Notes: generated by a model not told the origin, from the sequence alone. Shown: positions 21,280-35,635, counted from the stretch's first letter. The stretch: DNA of 56,608 nt from Octopus bimaculoides (GCF_001194135.2 NC_068989.1:88057478-88114085), one strand, 5' to 3'. Program-made: numbers and translations.

Positions 21280-22448
21280 TCTATATATATAAAAATGAGA
21301 ATGTGTGTCTGTCTGTCTGTGTGAATCCCTAAAACTCGAGAACTACGCAACCAATTTCATTCAAATTTTACAGATGCCTTACTTAGGGTTCCAGTTGTGT
21401 TTTAGTCAAAAAAAATTTTAACTTCTTGCAGAGTTCGAGCCCACGGCAACATAATATCTCCTCCACTATTTAAGTATTACGTGTCAAAAGTGAAACAAAA
21501 ACACTCATGTCAAATACTTTCACTTCAAAAATGAAACTATTCTACTAACTGAAACAATCACATTTTGATACTGTAATGACATACTTTCAGAGAGAAAGAG
21601 AGAGNNNNNNNNNNNNNNNNNNNNNNNNNNNNNNNNNNNNNNNNNNNNNNNNNNNNNNNNNNNNNNNNNNNNNNNNNNNNNNNNNNNNNNNNNNNNNNNN
21701 NNNNNNNNNNNNNNNNNNNNNNNNNNNNNNNNNNNNNNNNNNNNNNNNNNNNNNNNNNNNNNNNNNNNNNNNNNNNNNNNNNNNNNNNNNNNNNNNNNNN
21801 NNNNNNNNNNNNNNNNNNNNNNNNNNNNNNNNNNNNNNNNNNNNNNNNNNNNNNNNNNNNNNNNNNNNNNNNNNNNNNNNNNNNNNNNNNNNNNNNNNNN
21901 NNNNNNNNNNNNNNNNNNNNNNNNNNNNNNNNNNNNNNNNNNNNNNNNNNNNNNNNNNNNNNNNNNNNNNNNNNNNNNNNNNNNNNNNNNNNNNNNNNNN
22001 NNNNNNNNNNNNNNNNNNNNNNNNNNNNNNNNNNNNNNNNNNNNNNNNNNNNNNNNNNNNNNNNNNNNNNNNNNNNNNNNNNNNNNNNNNNNNNNNNNNN
22101 NNNNNNNNNGGTGCATAAATTGTCAAGTAAATGAGACGCATCTTTGCCTCCACTGATTCACTTGCAAAGTGTTGAGTAAAATTATTTCGTTGCAGACCTC
22201 CTTTGGGTCTTTTTATTATCACTGCGACACACATAATCCCCAGTTGGTAACATTGATTTCAAGGCCCTCCTAGATGAGAGACTGGCATTCCACTTAATGT
22301 CTATGTTCCATGCTGGCATGGATTGGAGAGTTATTAATGTAGAAATATGGTATCGTAGCTACTAACAGTTGAGGGTTGCGTAGTCTAGACGGCGTTTTTA
22401 GATTTCATTATTCTCTTTAACCCGGGCAAAGCCGGGTATTTCTGCTAG
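21280..22448 (+). mobile_element. Non-autonomous Helitron (spans an N gap)
   Basis: 5' A|TCTATATATATAAAA. 3' hairpin CCCGG-GCAAAG-CCGGG at 22421-22436, then CTAG|T. No TSD; A/T insertion site. Confidence 0.8.
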
Positions 22449-22801
22449 TAAATAAATAAATAAAACAGTGTCATTTCTTTATCTTTGAGCAAGTTAGGTT
22501 TATCAGGGCAAAACAAATGGATTTTAACTGTAAGCGTGACAGATATATATAAGCATATGTGCAGATACCCAAATATGAGATTTTATACTGTTCGAGATGT
22601 ATTTGAATTTTTTTTAAAAATCCGTTTGGAAGAAAATGCGACAATATAGCCTTCCTCTATATTCTAGAATTTGTAATTCGATCTTTAGTTTATTTAAGCA
22701 GGTGTGATTTGAGTCTTTTATCTTCTGCTTGTTTCAGTTAATGGAATGCGGCCATGCTGGGGCACCGCATTCAAGGGTTTGATAAAACAAATTGCTCCAA
22801 G

Positions 22802-22839
<38 letters not shown>

Positions 22840-24021
22840 TTAAATCTGGCACTTGTTCTATCGGTCACTTATGCCGAACTGCTATGTTACGGGGACGTAA
22901 ACAAACCAACACCTACTGTCAAGCAACTGGGGGACGAACACACGCGCACACACATGCATATATATATGTATATATTTACAATGAACGAGGGAAGTGGAAA
23001 ATGGAGTTACCTAGAATTTTTATTCAATACAACGATCATTTCAACCGATCCTGCATCTGTCACTTACGGGTGAGATATAGCACAGCTAGTTGTGTTGTTG
23101 CATCCATATTTGCATGTTGCATCTCGTCAGGTGTCGTGTTTTAAATAAGATACTAGGTTACATATACTCGGTTTTGTTAGGCATGTTGTGGTCATCTGTA
23201 GGATGTTAGCTATACTATATATGTAAATATACTACATAAATAATATTTTTATAAACAAACCCGAAAGGTTTTGCGAGAGAAAGCTACTATGGAAGGCCCA
23301 TAGTATAATAACTGTATAATAATAACTAAATTTGACTGAAATTGATGGGTGAGCGATTTGTGAGTTCAATTCCGCCTGAGGTTCGCTCATCATTTTTCGT
23401 TTATTTGTTTATTTTTAAAAATTGTCACTTCAAATTGGAGAATAAATATCATTATAATATATATTAAATACAGTTATTATATTTTTATGACCGACTTCTT
23501 TTAGTTTCCATCTATCAAATCCACTCACAAACTTTAGTCAGCCTTAGACTATAGTGCAAGGTACATGTCCAAGGATCCATGCAGTGAGACTAAACCCAAA
23601 AGCATTGGGTTTAGAAAGTAAACTTCTTAATACAGCCACACCAGCAGCAAGCAACTGATTTCCAGAAATTAATCCCTAAACCCACAACAGCTTCATCATC
23701 ATCATTTTAGTAGAAAGTGGGTTATACATCTTTAGATTGTATACCTGACTTTCTACTATAAAATTGAAGAAATAGATGGAACGCTGAACTCCAGACTAAA
23801 CAACATTTATTTAGGTGATAAACATACATATCTTTTAGTTATACATCTTTAGAGGTGAGAATAACGAACTGTCGAGTATAAGACCGAAAGATGTAGAGAC
23901 AGCTTTAAACACACGTCCTTGCTCAATCGCTGGCCAGCGAGAAAGAGAATGAATTGAGCGGGAAACGCTTGCTTATTTTATTCTACGCATGCGCAGGCGT
24001 TACTACATCATCATTTAACAT

Positions 24022-24176
24022 ACGTGTGGTAAGTAGCATGCTTACCAATCACATGGTCCCAGGTTCAGTCCCACTGCGTGACACCTTGGCAAGTGTCTTC
24101 TACTATAGCCTCGGGCTAACCAAAGGCTTGTGAGTGGACTTGGTAGACGGAAACTGGAAGAAGTCCGTCGTATATG

Positions 24177-24213
<37 letters not shown>

Positions 24214-24632
24214 ATTTGTTTATGTGTCTGTGTTTGTCCCTCCAACATCGCTTGACAACTGATGCTGGTGTGTTTACGTGCCCGTAACTTAGCGTTTCGG
24301 CAAAAGGGACTGATAGAATAAGTACTAGGCTTACAAAGAATAAGCTCTGGGGCCGATGTGCTCGACTAAAGGCGGTGCTCCAGCATGGCCGCAATCAAAT
24401 GACTGAAACAAGTAAAAGAGTATGTATATGTATGTATTTATCTGTGTCTGTGTTTGTCCCCCCAACATCGCTTGACAACCGATGCTGGTGTGTTCACATC
24501 CCTGTAACTCAGTGCTTCAGCAAAAAAGATAAGTACTAGGCTTACAAAGAATAAGTCCTGTGGTCGATTTGTTTGATTAAAAGGCGGTGCTCCAGCATGG
24601 CCGCAGTCAAACGAGTGAAACAAGTAAAAGAA
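24022..24632 (+). mobile_element. Family A SINE with tandem duplication of its 3' half (24421-24632)
   Basis: The block tttgtcccccc aacatcgcttgacaaccgatgctgg...aaacaagtaaaag occurs twice in tandem. Confidence 0.85.
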
Positions 24633-25540
24633 TAACATAAGAACCCAGAAATTTGGTTCAAGGAGTTTTATTACAACTTTTAATGATAACAAAACACTTT
24701 GAGAGAAAACATTTGAAGGTATTTAATGTGAAGATTTAATCATGCAACTGATAGGAACATTTTATCATGTGTCCTGATAACAATTATTTGCAGTAATAGG
24801 TGTTCTTTTTATCAGCTATTTTAAAATTGTTTTAGTTATTGGACTGAGACCCTGCTGGGGCAATGCTTTGAACAAAGAACTTCAGTTCAACGAATCTTTC
24901 GCGGTACAGTTTTTGTCTTTTTTTTTTTCTTCCTAAGCCTGGTACTTACTCGATTGGTCTCTTTTGCCGAACTGCTAAGTTACAAGAATGTAAAAAAAAC
25001 CAACACCAGTTGTCAAACAATGGTGAGGAGTGGGGGAGGCAAAAAACAGACACAAAGACACAAATGCGAAATTGCATTTGTCCCCCTGGCTGATATCTGA
25101 GGAAGAGTTGCTGACCTTCTGTGTCTGATTTCCATTTGTTTGTGCGTTTATTATGAGGAATCGATGCTAGATGTTTCGAAACAATTGTCGTGATTAATAA
25201 TAGATTATCGTATATTCCATCTTTCAGCTTTCATTTGCCATATCATCATCATCATCATTTAACGTCTGTTTTCCATGCTAGCATAGATTGGATGGTTTGA
25301 CTGGGGTCTGGGAAGCCAGGAGGCTGCACCCAGGCTCCAGTCTGATCTAGCAGTGTTTCTACAGCTGGAAGCCCTTCCTAACGCCAACCACTCTGTGAGT
25401 GTAGTGGATGCTTTTTACGTGCCACCGGCACAGGGGCCAGAGGAGACTGGCAACAGCCACAAATCGTTGGTGCTTTTTACGTGCCACCAGCATGGGGATC
25501 ACAACTACAATTTCCATTTGATGTTGATATATATGTATGT

Positions 25541-25648
25541 GAAGGCGCATGGCTCAGTGGTTAAAGCATCGAGCTTACTATCGTGAGGTTGTGGGTTTGA
25601 TTCCCGGACTGGGTTGCATGTTGTGTTCTTGAGCAAGACACTCTATTT
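25541..25648 (+). mobile_element. tRNA-derived SINE head (family F)
   Basis: gaaggcgcatggctcagtggttaaagcatc...gggtttgattccc...gttcttgagcaagaca; same family as 48847. Confidence 0.7.
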
Positions 25649-26837
25649 TTTACAGCTGGATGCCCTTCCTAACACCAACCACCTGGCAGAGTGGACTGAG
25701 TACTTTTTATGTGGCACAAGAACAGACGAGGTCAGTTTTGGCAAGGTTTTTACAGCTGGATGCTCTTCCTAACACCAACCACTTTAAAGTGTGGACTGGG
25801 TGCTTTTAGGTGGCACCTGCACTGACAGGGTCACCAAATACTTGCAAGACAAGATTAAGAAAAAAAAGAAAATGCTAAAATATTATTCAGGATGCCTTAT
25901 CGCTACAAAGTATAGAAGGAGATGTGTTGTGTAAGATTAATTTTTAAGATCTGATCACAGATTTTGCAATTAAAAAAATTTTTTTCAGATATAAATAAAG
26001 TGGAAGTATACAAAAATAAACATTATTTTCTGTATTACTGTTTGTTAATTTTGTTTCATTTTGGAAAGTAAAAATTTATTTTATGGTTTGTTATTGCTTG
26101 TATTTTGAATTACGTGAAGGTGGTACGTAAAAAACATCATTTGAGCGTAGCTGTTGCCAGTACCGCCTGGTACTGCCAGTAGCACGTAAAAAGCACCCAT
26201 TACACTCTTGGAGTGGTTGGCATTAGGAAGGGCATCCAGCTGTAGAAACTCTACTAGATCAGATTGGAGCCTGGTGCAGCCATCTGGCTCACCAGTCCTC
26301 AGTCAAACCGTCCAACCCGTGCCAGCATGGAAAGCGGATGTTAAACAATGATGATGATGATGATGTTTTTAAGTGCTTAGGCTACTATGGGTCTTAATCC
26401 AGCCCTGAATGAAAGAGTCTACTAGGAGAAAAGTTTTAGGGGCCTTGGCATAGAGCTTTCTTCATTAACTTGTCTAAAGTATAGTGATGAGAGGAGAAGG
26501 AGGAGGAGAGAAAGAGAGAGAGAGAGAGAGAAAGACAAGTGGGTAAGAAATGCTTGAGAATAGATTAAATAAGCTTAACAAGATCCAGAGCAAAGACAAT
26601 TATCATTGCTGTCAAAAAGGAAGAGATAGAGGAGGTGGCACACCAGTGTGTCGGGGGCTTGAGTGCATCTGAGAAAGATTTTATGAATGAGTCAGATGAA
26701 TGACTCTTTTCTGGATGAAGTCAAGAATGTCTGTGTGCAGTAGCAGCAGCAGCTGCATTCCAACTGTGAGAGCAATATACTCCACCGAAGTCTTCGTCTG
26801 AGCTTTGTAGAGTGTCAATAATTATTGAGGACCAAGG

Positions 26838-27040
26838 TGGTGAGCTGACTGGAACGTTAGCATGCTGGGCGAAATGCTTAGCAGTATTTCTTCTGTCTTT
26901 ATGTCCTGAGTTCAAATTCTGTCGAGGTCGACTTTGCCTTTCATCCTTTCAGGGTCGATAAATTAAGTACCAGTTGCATAATGGGGTCAATCTAATCGAC
27001 TGACCCCCCTCCCCCAAAATTTCAGGCCTTGTGCCTAGAG
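26838..27040 (+). mobile_element. Family B SINE
   Basis: gagctgactggaacgttagcatgctgggcgaaatg...gtcgactttgcctttcatcc. Confidence 0.8.
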
Positions 27041-27061
27041 TAATATAACGTCGCCCTTTCA

Positions 27062-27363
27062 AAGCCTAGCCAGGCTCATGGGCCTGGTTTCCTGGTTTCT
27101 ATGGCATATGTGTTTCCCCCCCCACCAGCTAGACAGGACGCCAGTCCATCGCAGCGTTACTCAAGAAACAGGAAGAAAGAGTAAGTTGGGAGAGAAAGTT
27201 GGGGCAAAAGAGTACAACAGGGGTCGCCACCACCCTCTGCCGGAGCCTTGTGGAGCTTTTAAGTGTTTTTGCTCAATAGACACCCACAACACCTGGTCTG
27301 GGAATCGAAACCATGATCCTCCGGCTGCGAGTCCGCTGCCCTAACCACAGGGCCATTGCACCT
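27062..27363 (-). mobile_element. tRNA-derived SINE (family G); second copy at 42740-42992
   Basis: The minus strand has a tRNA-like head (tggccctgtggttagggcagcggact...gtttcgattcccagacc) and the body ctgcgatggactggcgtcctgtc. Confidence 0.7.
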
Positions 27364-28029
27364 AGAGTAGAAAAGAATAATTATTGAGGACTGAAAATAT
27401 GTTTGCATGCTCATGAATTAGTTGATTTGTGTAGCTTTCATCCATCAGAGTGTCTTTGAAAGATGGTAATGCTCATTGTGTCATTGCTCCTCACAGGAAT
27501 ACTGTGGCTGTTGGGGTTTATACCCTCCCCCTCCCTTAAAGCACAAACAACAGTAATAATGTTTATACAGGATTCTCAGTCGTTGATCTCTTTGAAGAAA
27601 TTATGGAGACACTACTTGATAAGGGCTGACTTGGGTTTAAACGACAACAACGGCAACAGCCACCTTTGCCCTTGTTTGTGATTAGAAATTCAGTGCAGAA
27701 ATCAGTTTATAGATTAAGAAAAGGTCCATTAAGGATTGCCTGAAGTTGAAAAGTACTTGAACATCATGTTTTTATCTGACTTTCAGTTGTTGACTGTGGC
27801 CTTGGATTTATATAAGCTGTCTATTTGGGCTGTTGATAGGGGAAGGAATTGAAGGCGGTTAGAGAAATCATTCATTAATGGGCTTTTGTTGTCGTAAAGG
27901 ATTAAGATAAAAGATCTATTTAATCCTAACTGTTGGTCTTTAGCCCCAGGTTAGTTCAAGAATAGACATATAATCAAGGCTGTTCTAGATGTGACAATTT
28001 TTTTTTTCCCAGATATACTATATCTACGC

Positions 28030-28296
28030 TGGACTGGCTCCTGTGCAGGTGGCACGTAAAATACACCATTTTGAGCATGGCTGTTGCCAGTACCACCTGA
28101 CTGGCCTTCGTGCCGGTGGCACATAAAAGCACCCACTACACTCTCAGAGTGGTTGGCGTTAGGAAGGGCATCCAGCTGTAGAAACTCTGCCAAATCAGAT
28201 TGGAGCCTGGTGTAGCCATCTGGTTTCACCAGTCCTCAGTCAAATCGTCCAACCCATGCTAGCATGGAAAGCGGACGTTAAACGATGATGATGATG
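28030..28296 (+). mobile_element. Young family C RTE-tail repeat
   Basis: Nearly identical to 39402-39667; (GAT)n tail. Confidence 0.9.
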
Positions 28297-30268
28297 AGGA
28301 CCATATTATGTAACATTTCTCCCCATTTTTAAGTAGCTGTGATTTGAGAGAGATTTAGCTGCTATTTCTAGTAGTTTTTGTTATCAGTTTATTAAGGTGA
28401 CAGAGGAAAAGTATGAATGTGATACAATTTAATCTTCAGTGTGTTGGGAATTAGTGAGCTTGTCCCTTAATAACAAAGTAGTTAGTGGGAGTGAGAAATT
28501 AGCTGAAACAACCAAGTGACTAATTAAATCCATCATATTAGTATCAAGTTATTTTGGGTTCTGAGTTCAAATGATGTCTCAGCCAACTTTTGTCTTCCCT
28601 CCAGCAGTAAATAAATTAAGATATCAAAATTAAAAAATAAAATTCATCAATAATTAACCAAAATCCATTCAGCCAATTTATAATAATCACCCACATATGA
28701 AAACTGGCCCTGGATTGCTGTGCTTGAGAAGACACCTCACACTTAGTGAAACGATGGGCGTGGTTAGTGCCAGTGACATGTTATAGACACCCAGTACACT
28801 CTGTAAGGTGGTTGGCATTAGGAACGGCATTCATAGAAAACCATGCCACAACAGGTGACTGAAGCCTAGTGTAGCACTCCAGCTTATCAGCTCCTGTCAA
28901 ACCATCCGACCCATGCCAGCATGGAGAGCAGACGTTAAATGATGATATTTAAGCAGAAAATGTTTCAATTCTCAATTAAGCTCTTTCGTTTTACCGAATG
29001 TACTAAATTCATTTTTGAAGGCCAACACAACACATTGCAATTTTCCGTTATTCTTGGTAGAATCTTGAATCCAAAAAAGACGATTCTGCAATTCCTTGGT
29101 GAATAGCTCCACCACCACCACCAAGACAAACGGTTTGTTTATAGTGATTAAAATCTTGTATCATACATTAGCTCAATCCCTCCATCAAATGTAAAAGTGA
29201 TTGCAGAACAATACGAGATGAAGTGTTTTGCTTTGCCTGGGGCAGGAATTGAAACCACAATCTTATGATTGTGAGTGTGACAATCCAACCACTAATATTC
29301 ATCAACTGAATTGGGCTGTTAAATATTTTTGAAATATTTCTGTTTTTGGACCATAAAATCTGGGATTCCCTAAGTTTTTCTCAAATGGACAGTAAAAGAA
29401 TTTAGAATTTACCCCCACCTCTCCTGTGAGAGAGAGAGAAAGAAAGAGACATTTGGTCTCTGTAACGTGATGCAATAAGGTGTTCCTCTGATCATCCCTT
29501 GTGGTTAATGGAGAGATGGCAAGACAAAAAAAAAAAAACGGTAAAATATATTTGGGGAACAAATAATGTAAACAAACATTTCTCAGTAATAACCAAATCA
29601 CATTATTGGAAGCTAACTGGATGATGATAATAATTCAACACTAGTCATACAGCTAATAGTATGTACAGGATATACTTATGTACTAAATAACAATTCAATC
29701 ACGAACCATTGAGAAATTGTTTCAAAACTCAATGAAAACAAAAGTTACCTCCCTTAAATTACCAATTCAATGTTTATCTCCCTTTGAAATATATGATTTA
29801 GTTCAAGTTTTTCTTTGGTTCAGAGTTAGATGTAATGTCCTCTCTTTTATTTTTACTGACTGCAATTTGTGGCTTTCGGAAGATTTACAGAGACGTTCAT
29901 GGAATGACGGGAAACATTTTCAACTAAAGTGTTATATCTGTCAGCCAAATATCGCTATTTTCTTTTTCTTTCAACAAATAACCCTATATTTTGTTACTGT
30001 GACACCACCTTGCATTTTTTGTCAAATGAATCAACCCCACTACTCATTCTATTGGTATCTTTTGCTGAACCGCTAGCTTACAGGGACGTAAACACACCAA
30101 CATTGGTCAAGCAGTGGGGTATGGAGAGACAGACTATTTTTTTTTCAGTTTCCATCCACAAAACCCACACAGAAGTCTTTGGTTGGCCCGAGGCCATAAT
30201 AAAAGACATTTACCCAAGGTGTCACAGTGAGATTGAACACGGAACCATGTGGTTGAGAAGCAAGACAC

Positions 30269-30299
<31 letters not shown>

Positions 30300-32319
30300 G
30301 AGATGCATACATACACACGCACACGTGAATGAGGCTAGGTGCCTTGTATGCCGTTTTGTTTTTTCTTTCTCGAATTTTCTTCAAGCTAAAGTTTATTGAC
30401 CTCACCTACAACACTAATAATACCTCAGTGAAAGGTATGCACAGTCAGTTACCTTCGCAATACTTACCTGTATTTAATGCTCCCTTTTCCATGCTTGCAT
30501 GGGTCAGACGAAATTCAAGATAAATCTTTCGACTTTCCTTTCACCATCCCTCACCCATTTCCATGTAAGGTAATATTTCCCATGACTACAGGTTTTTTTT
30601 TTTCCAGACTGTAAACACCATTTGTATGACGATGATGCATATTTACAACCACTGAGTGATATCAAGACAAGGGTATGCACACACACACACATTATATATA
30701 TATATATATATACACATGCATATATGGGTACAGGACATCAAAAAAACGTAGACAAAATGAGAAACGAGAACATAAAAAACAAAAACATAGAAAACGAACA
30801 TTTTTCGAACGAAAGAAACAGAGAAATGAGACATGCAACATAAAGAACATTACCTCCATCAGTTGTCCCGTTTTATCTACTCTGCATTTCGGAAGTAGGG
30901 ACAATATATATATATATATATACATATGTAACTACACTCTCGGAGTGGTTGGCGTTAGGAAGGGCATCCGAGCTGTAGAAACTCTGCCAGATCAGATTGG
31001 AGCTTTGTGCAGCCGTCTAGTTCGCCAGTCCTCAGTCAAATCGTCCAACCCATGCTAGCAAGGAAAGCAGACGTTTAAACGATGATGATGTATATATAAA
31101 ATCATCCATCATTTAATGTCAACCTTCCATGGGTTGGATGCTTAGACAGGAGCTAGCAAGCAAGAGGACTGTGCCAAGCTCCCTCTTTCTCTGTCCTATC
31201 ATTTAATGTGAGATTTTCCATGCTGGCATGGATTGGACATTTTGACAGGAGCTGGCAGGTGAGAGAACTGGACCAGGAACCAATTGCCTGTTTTTGCATG
31301 GATTCCAGAGTCCAATGTCCTTCCTAACAGCAACCACTTTACAGAGTGTACTGGGTGCTTTTTAGGTGGGCACTAGCATGGGAGTTTTTTTACATACACA
31401 ACGGACTCCACTGTATTTTTTCCCACTAAATTTGCTCTATGACCTGGTGGTATGATATAAGATACATGCCTAAGGTTCCCCATAATAGAACTGAACTTTA
31501 CCTGTAATTTCAGAACAGAAGTTTAGCAATTTCAATACCTGCCGCATACATAAAGCACCAACCGTTTGTAACCGATGCCAGTACCCACTGACTGGCTCTT
31601 GTGCCAGTGGCATGTAAAAAGCACCATCCAAACATGATCGATGCCAGGTCCGCTTGACTGGCTCCAGTGCTGGTGGCACATAAAAAGCACCAACTACACT
31701 CTCGGAGTGGTTGGCATCCAGATCAGATTGGAGCCTGGTGCAGCCACTGGCTCTCCAGACTTAAGTCAAACCGTCCAACGGTTGGAAAACGGACATTAAA
31801 CAATCATGATGATGCACACACATTAAAATGTTTAAACAAATATCAAATTTTTAAAACAAACAATACTTTAGGTTTTTTGTCAAGTTTTTCTTTCTAGTTT
31901 TATTTTTTTAATTTTTTTGTTTAGTTTTTCAGCATTTTTCAACTTTTTCTTTTTAACAGTTTTTTTGTCTTTATTTTTCAATTGTTTGTTTTTTGTTGTA
32001 TTTTTTTATTTTTTTAAATATTTTTTAAAGTTGTATTTCTCCAACGATGTCTGAATTTAAGTTATTGGAAGTCAAATGTATTGTCAATAGTTTAGAAACA
32101 TCATTAAAAGAGTTCAAAAGTGTGTGGGTTATTTTTTTTTAGAAGGATGAGAGGGAGGGGAGGAGAGAGGGGATGTGAGAGACGGGGAAGAGGATGAGAG
32201 GGAGTTCTCCCATATTTTTTTTTTTTTTTTTTTGGTTTCCAACAAATTTTCAAAATTCTGACATTTTCCCTTCATTTCACCTTCCTATTTCAAGCATCAT
32301 CATCATCATCATTAACAAT

Positions 32320-32532
32320 AGTTTCAAATTTTGGCACAAGGCCAGTAATTTCCGGGAAGGAGGTAAGTCGATCACATCGACCCAGTACACAACTGGTACT
32401 GATTTTATTGACTCCGAAAGGATGAAATGCAAAGTCGACCTCAGCGGAAATTGAACTCAGAACGTTAAGACAGACAAAATGTTGCAAAGCATCTTGCCCG
32501 GCGTGCTAATGATTCTGCCAGCTCGCCACCTT
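32320..32532 (-). mobile_element. Family B SINE
   Basis: ttggcacaaggccag...gaaaggatgaaatgcaaagtcgacctc...ccagctcgccacc. Confidence 0.8.
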
Positions 32533-32755
32533 CAGTAATAATAGTAATAATAATGTTGCTGTTGTCATTGTTATTGTCCTTTGTGCAGTAGTTTAGCCCA
32601 AGGTCAGCCATCATTGAGTAGATAGACCAGACCGAAGATCAAAGACTTTCCATCTCTGCACCCCACTCCCATCCATTTATTATTTTTTTTTTTTTGGTCG
32701 TTCTTAATTGTTGCCGTTTGGAATTAGAATGGAAATTAACTAAGGAGACAGGGGA

Positions 32756-32792
<37 letters not shown>

Positions 32793-33418
32793 AAGAGAGG
32801 GGGTGTTATTCCATTTTGCCTAATAAATTTTTTAAAGAATTAGTGTTGTAGGATGAAGGAAAAAAGAAAATTCAGTCAAATGATGAAAAGATTCACCACC
32901 AGATTTTTTTGTGGGGTGGGTCAGACCTGGTAAAAATCTGACCTCTGAACCCCTACAATATTGGCTGCAGCTCTGCAGTCAGATGTCCACAGCAATATCC
33001 CTCCTAACTTTTAACAATCACAATCATAGTAGTAGTAGTAGTAGTAGTAGTGGTGGCCCTTTCTGTGTCAACAACAACCAAAGCAACTACAGCATTTGTA
33101 GCGCCAACAATGACAACAACAAGACCAGCATTTTTCTCTTTTTAGATAGTGTATGGATTTGTTCTCCATCTGTGATGTTGCTGTGAAAGAAGAGGTGGGG
33201 TGGAGGAGTGTGTGACAGAAGAGTGAAAGAGGGAGAGAGAGAGAGAGGGGAGGGAGAGGGAGAATTAGAGAGGGTGGAGAGTAAATTTTCATTTTTTTTT
33301 TCTTCTTTTAGTACAGTGCAGCAGTTGTCACTCATTGCACAATTTGTGCTGTTGATTACATGCAACCTGGAAAACAAAACTGCTGTAATGACAAGGAATT
33401 TGCTACAAGAAATGACAC

Positions 33419-33457
<39 letters not shown>

Positions 33458-33618
33458 AGAGAGAAGGTAAAAAAGACAAGAAAAAAAATCCTTCAGTTGA
33501 GCAATAGGTTGGGAGGAGTTGGGGCAATGTGTGAGATTACATTGTTCAAGGGTTTAATTTGTGTGTGTGAATTGTATTTAAAAAAAAACATAACAGTGAC
33601 AAAAAATAACAAGATAAC

Positions 33619-33656
<38 letters not shown>

Positions 33657-33832
33657 GAGCAAAAAAAAATTCAAGGAAATAATTTCTCACATTAAGAAAG
33701 GAACAAAAAAAAAAAAATAAACAGAACCTCTGTCTCTCCTCCATTAATACACCAAGGAGAGGGCTAGAGGAATAAGGGGCTCTCGGGGACAAATGTTGAT
33801 ACAGCAAAACAAAGACACACACACATACATAT

Positions 33833-33865
<33 letters not shown>

Positions 33866-34339
33866 CTAAATGGGATAATACATTCACACATGAATCCCTT
33901 CAGATCTGTCTCAGCAGCAACCCCCACCTGGGACTACAAGCATTTAGGAACCGACTGGCTTATGCAAGCAATGTAACCTTACAGACACAGGACTGCCTTG
34001 ATTCATGGCCCCGCCTCCACCATACAATGAATAAACCAGGGTACGTCATCAGAGAGCACAGTATTGGCAGTGGTGGTGGTGGTAGTGGCAGTGATGAAGT
34101 TTTCAATATCAGATGGTGCAGGAGTGATATGTATGGAATACTGGACATACGGATCATACCTAATAGTTCAAAAGATTATTTTCTATGGTGTATGCACTGG
34201 GCAAGTGTCATCTCCTATAACACTAGGCCAACCAAAGCCTTGGGTGGATTCGGTAGAGGGAAATTGAAAGAAACCTGTTTTGTGTGTGTGTGTGTGTGTG
34301 TGAAATTACGATTAATCAAAAAATCTTAAATATGTCTCA

Positions 34340-34520
34340 AGGAAGAGGGATCAAAGGTCGACTACTTTGCAATACCTTGCCAAAGGGCCTCAGAGATGTA
34401 CAAGGTGTTGATGTGAAGGTGTTTAGGGAACATTGACATTTTTTTTTCTCTTCTAGACTTGATGAACCAACATCATGGCAAGAAACACAAAGAAAGGCAG
34501 CTCTGTCCAAGTCACAGCTT
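34340..34520 (+). mobile_element. CR1-like LINE 3' fragment
   Basis: Decayed NTLPKGLRDVQGVDVKVF...RLDEPTSWQETQRKAA. Confidence 0.55.
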
Positions 34521-35424
34521 CACCAGGACCGATTCTGAAGACGGGGTCAGGAAACGAACGTCTAATGAACGCTAATGGCAATGCACCAGCATGGGCACAG
34601 CCTTTGGCTCAAACTGATACTAAGATAATAGAATGCTTCAACACTATCGGACCTCAACAGATAAGAATAATTTTACCAATACATACAGATAGAACAGAGA
34701 GTTTATTTTTTAAGTTGAGATCAGTGAATGACTAATAATTATTTCATTGATTTCAGATGAGGCAGTGTGTGTGTGTGTGTGTGTGGGGAGTTAGGGCAAA
34801 AGGTAAAAAAAAAAAAGAAAAAAAAATAAGCAGCAGGAGTTAAAACTCAGAGGATAGGGTGGCCTCACTTTCTGGTCCTGTTGTTAACCAGGTGAAGAGA
34901 AACAAGCAAAGTTATGCCTTTTGCTCAAATTGATCAAAGAAGGAAGATGGTTCCCCCACCACCACCACATACACAGAACATTACTAAGTAATCTTGCAGT
35001 TTAATACAAACGTTGACTATGTCATCACAGGTATTAAGTCCAGCACCTCACCTAACCACCCCAACACCACCACCTACTGTGCCCATTATAAGGGGTTTTG
35101 ATTTTCTTTTATCAAGCATTTCATCCTAAATATACTGATTAGACAAAAAAAAAAAAAAAAAAAAAACATTCTTCCCGTGAGCATGCACACACACACACAC
35201 ACACATGCCTTCCATACAACAAAACAAATCTCACCACTAACTCTACCACAACACCATAACATCACTCAACACACACACACACGTTTGTTGTCTGTGAGAC
35301 AGGCCTGAAAGCTTTCAGGTGAATGGTAATTGAGCAGGTCTCTCCCCTAAGGGATTCCCAGCCATGGCTTTGCTTTCTTAATCTCAGTGTACCCTGTACC
35401 TAGGATTGTGATATCCTTTTCTAC

Positions 35425-35635
35425 TCTAGGCACAAGGCCCGAAATTTTTGGGGAGGAGGGGGGGCCAGTCGATTAGATCAACCCCAGTACGCAACTGGTA
35501 CTTAATTTATCGACCCCGAAAGGATGAAAGGCAAAGTTGGCCTCGGCGGAATTTGAACTCAGAACATAACGACTGATGAAATACTGCTAAGCATTTCGCC
35601 CTGCGTGCTAACCACTCTGCCAGCTCACCACCTTA
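35425..35635 (-). mobile_element. Family B SINE inside the putative LSM12 3' UTR
   Basis: ggcacaaggcccgaaatt...cgaccccgaaaggatgaaaggcaaag...gccagctcaccacc. Confidence 0.85.

Noticed and set aside
25541-25620. tRNA gene candidates (also at 48847, 46621, 27290-27363, 23345-23395)
   Set aside because: They have A/B-box-like heads but no complete cloverleaf, and they continue into SINE bodies.
26570-26830. Acidic short frame (KEEIEEVAHQCVGGLSASEKDFMNESDE) as an exon of a third gene
   Set aside because: No recognisable homology, no supporting splice-site pair, and it is interrupted by stops.
33087-34329. Several 99-178 aa ORFs
   Set aside because: They are translations of (AG)n, (ATT)n, (CA)n and (GGT)n microsatellites in the putative 3' UTR.
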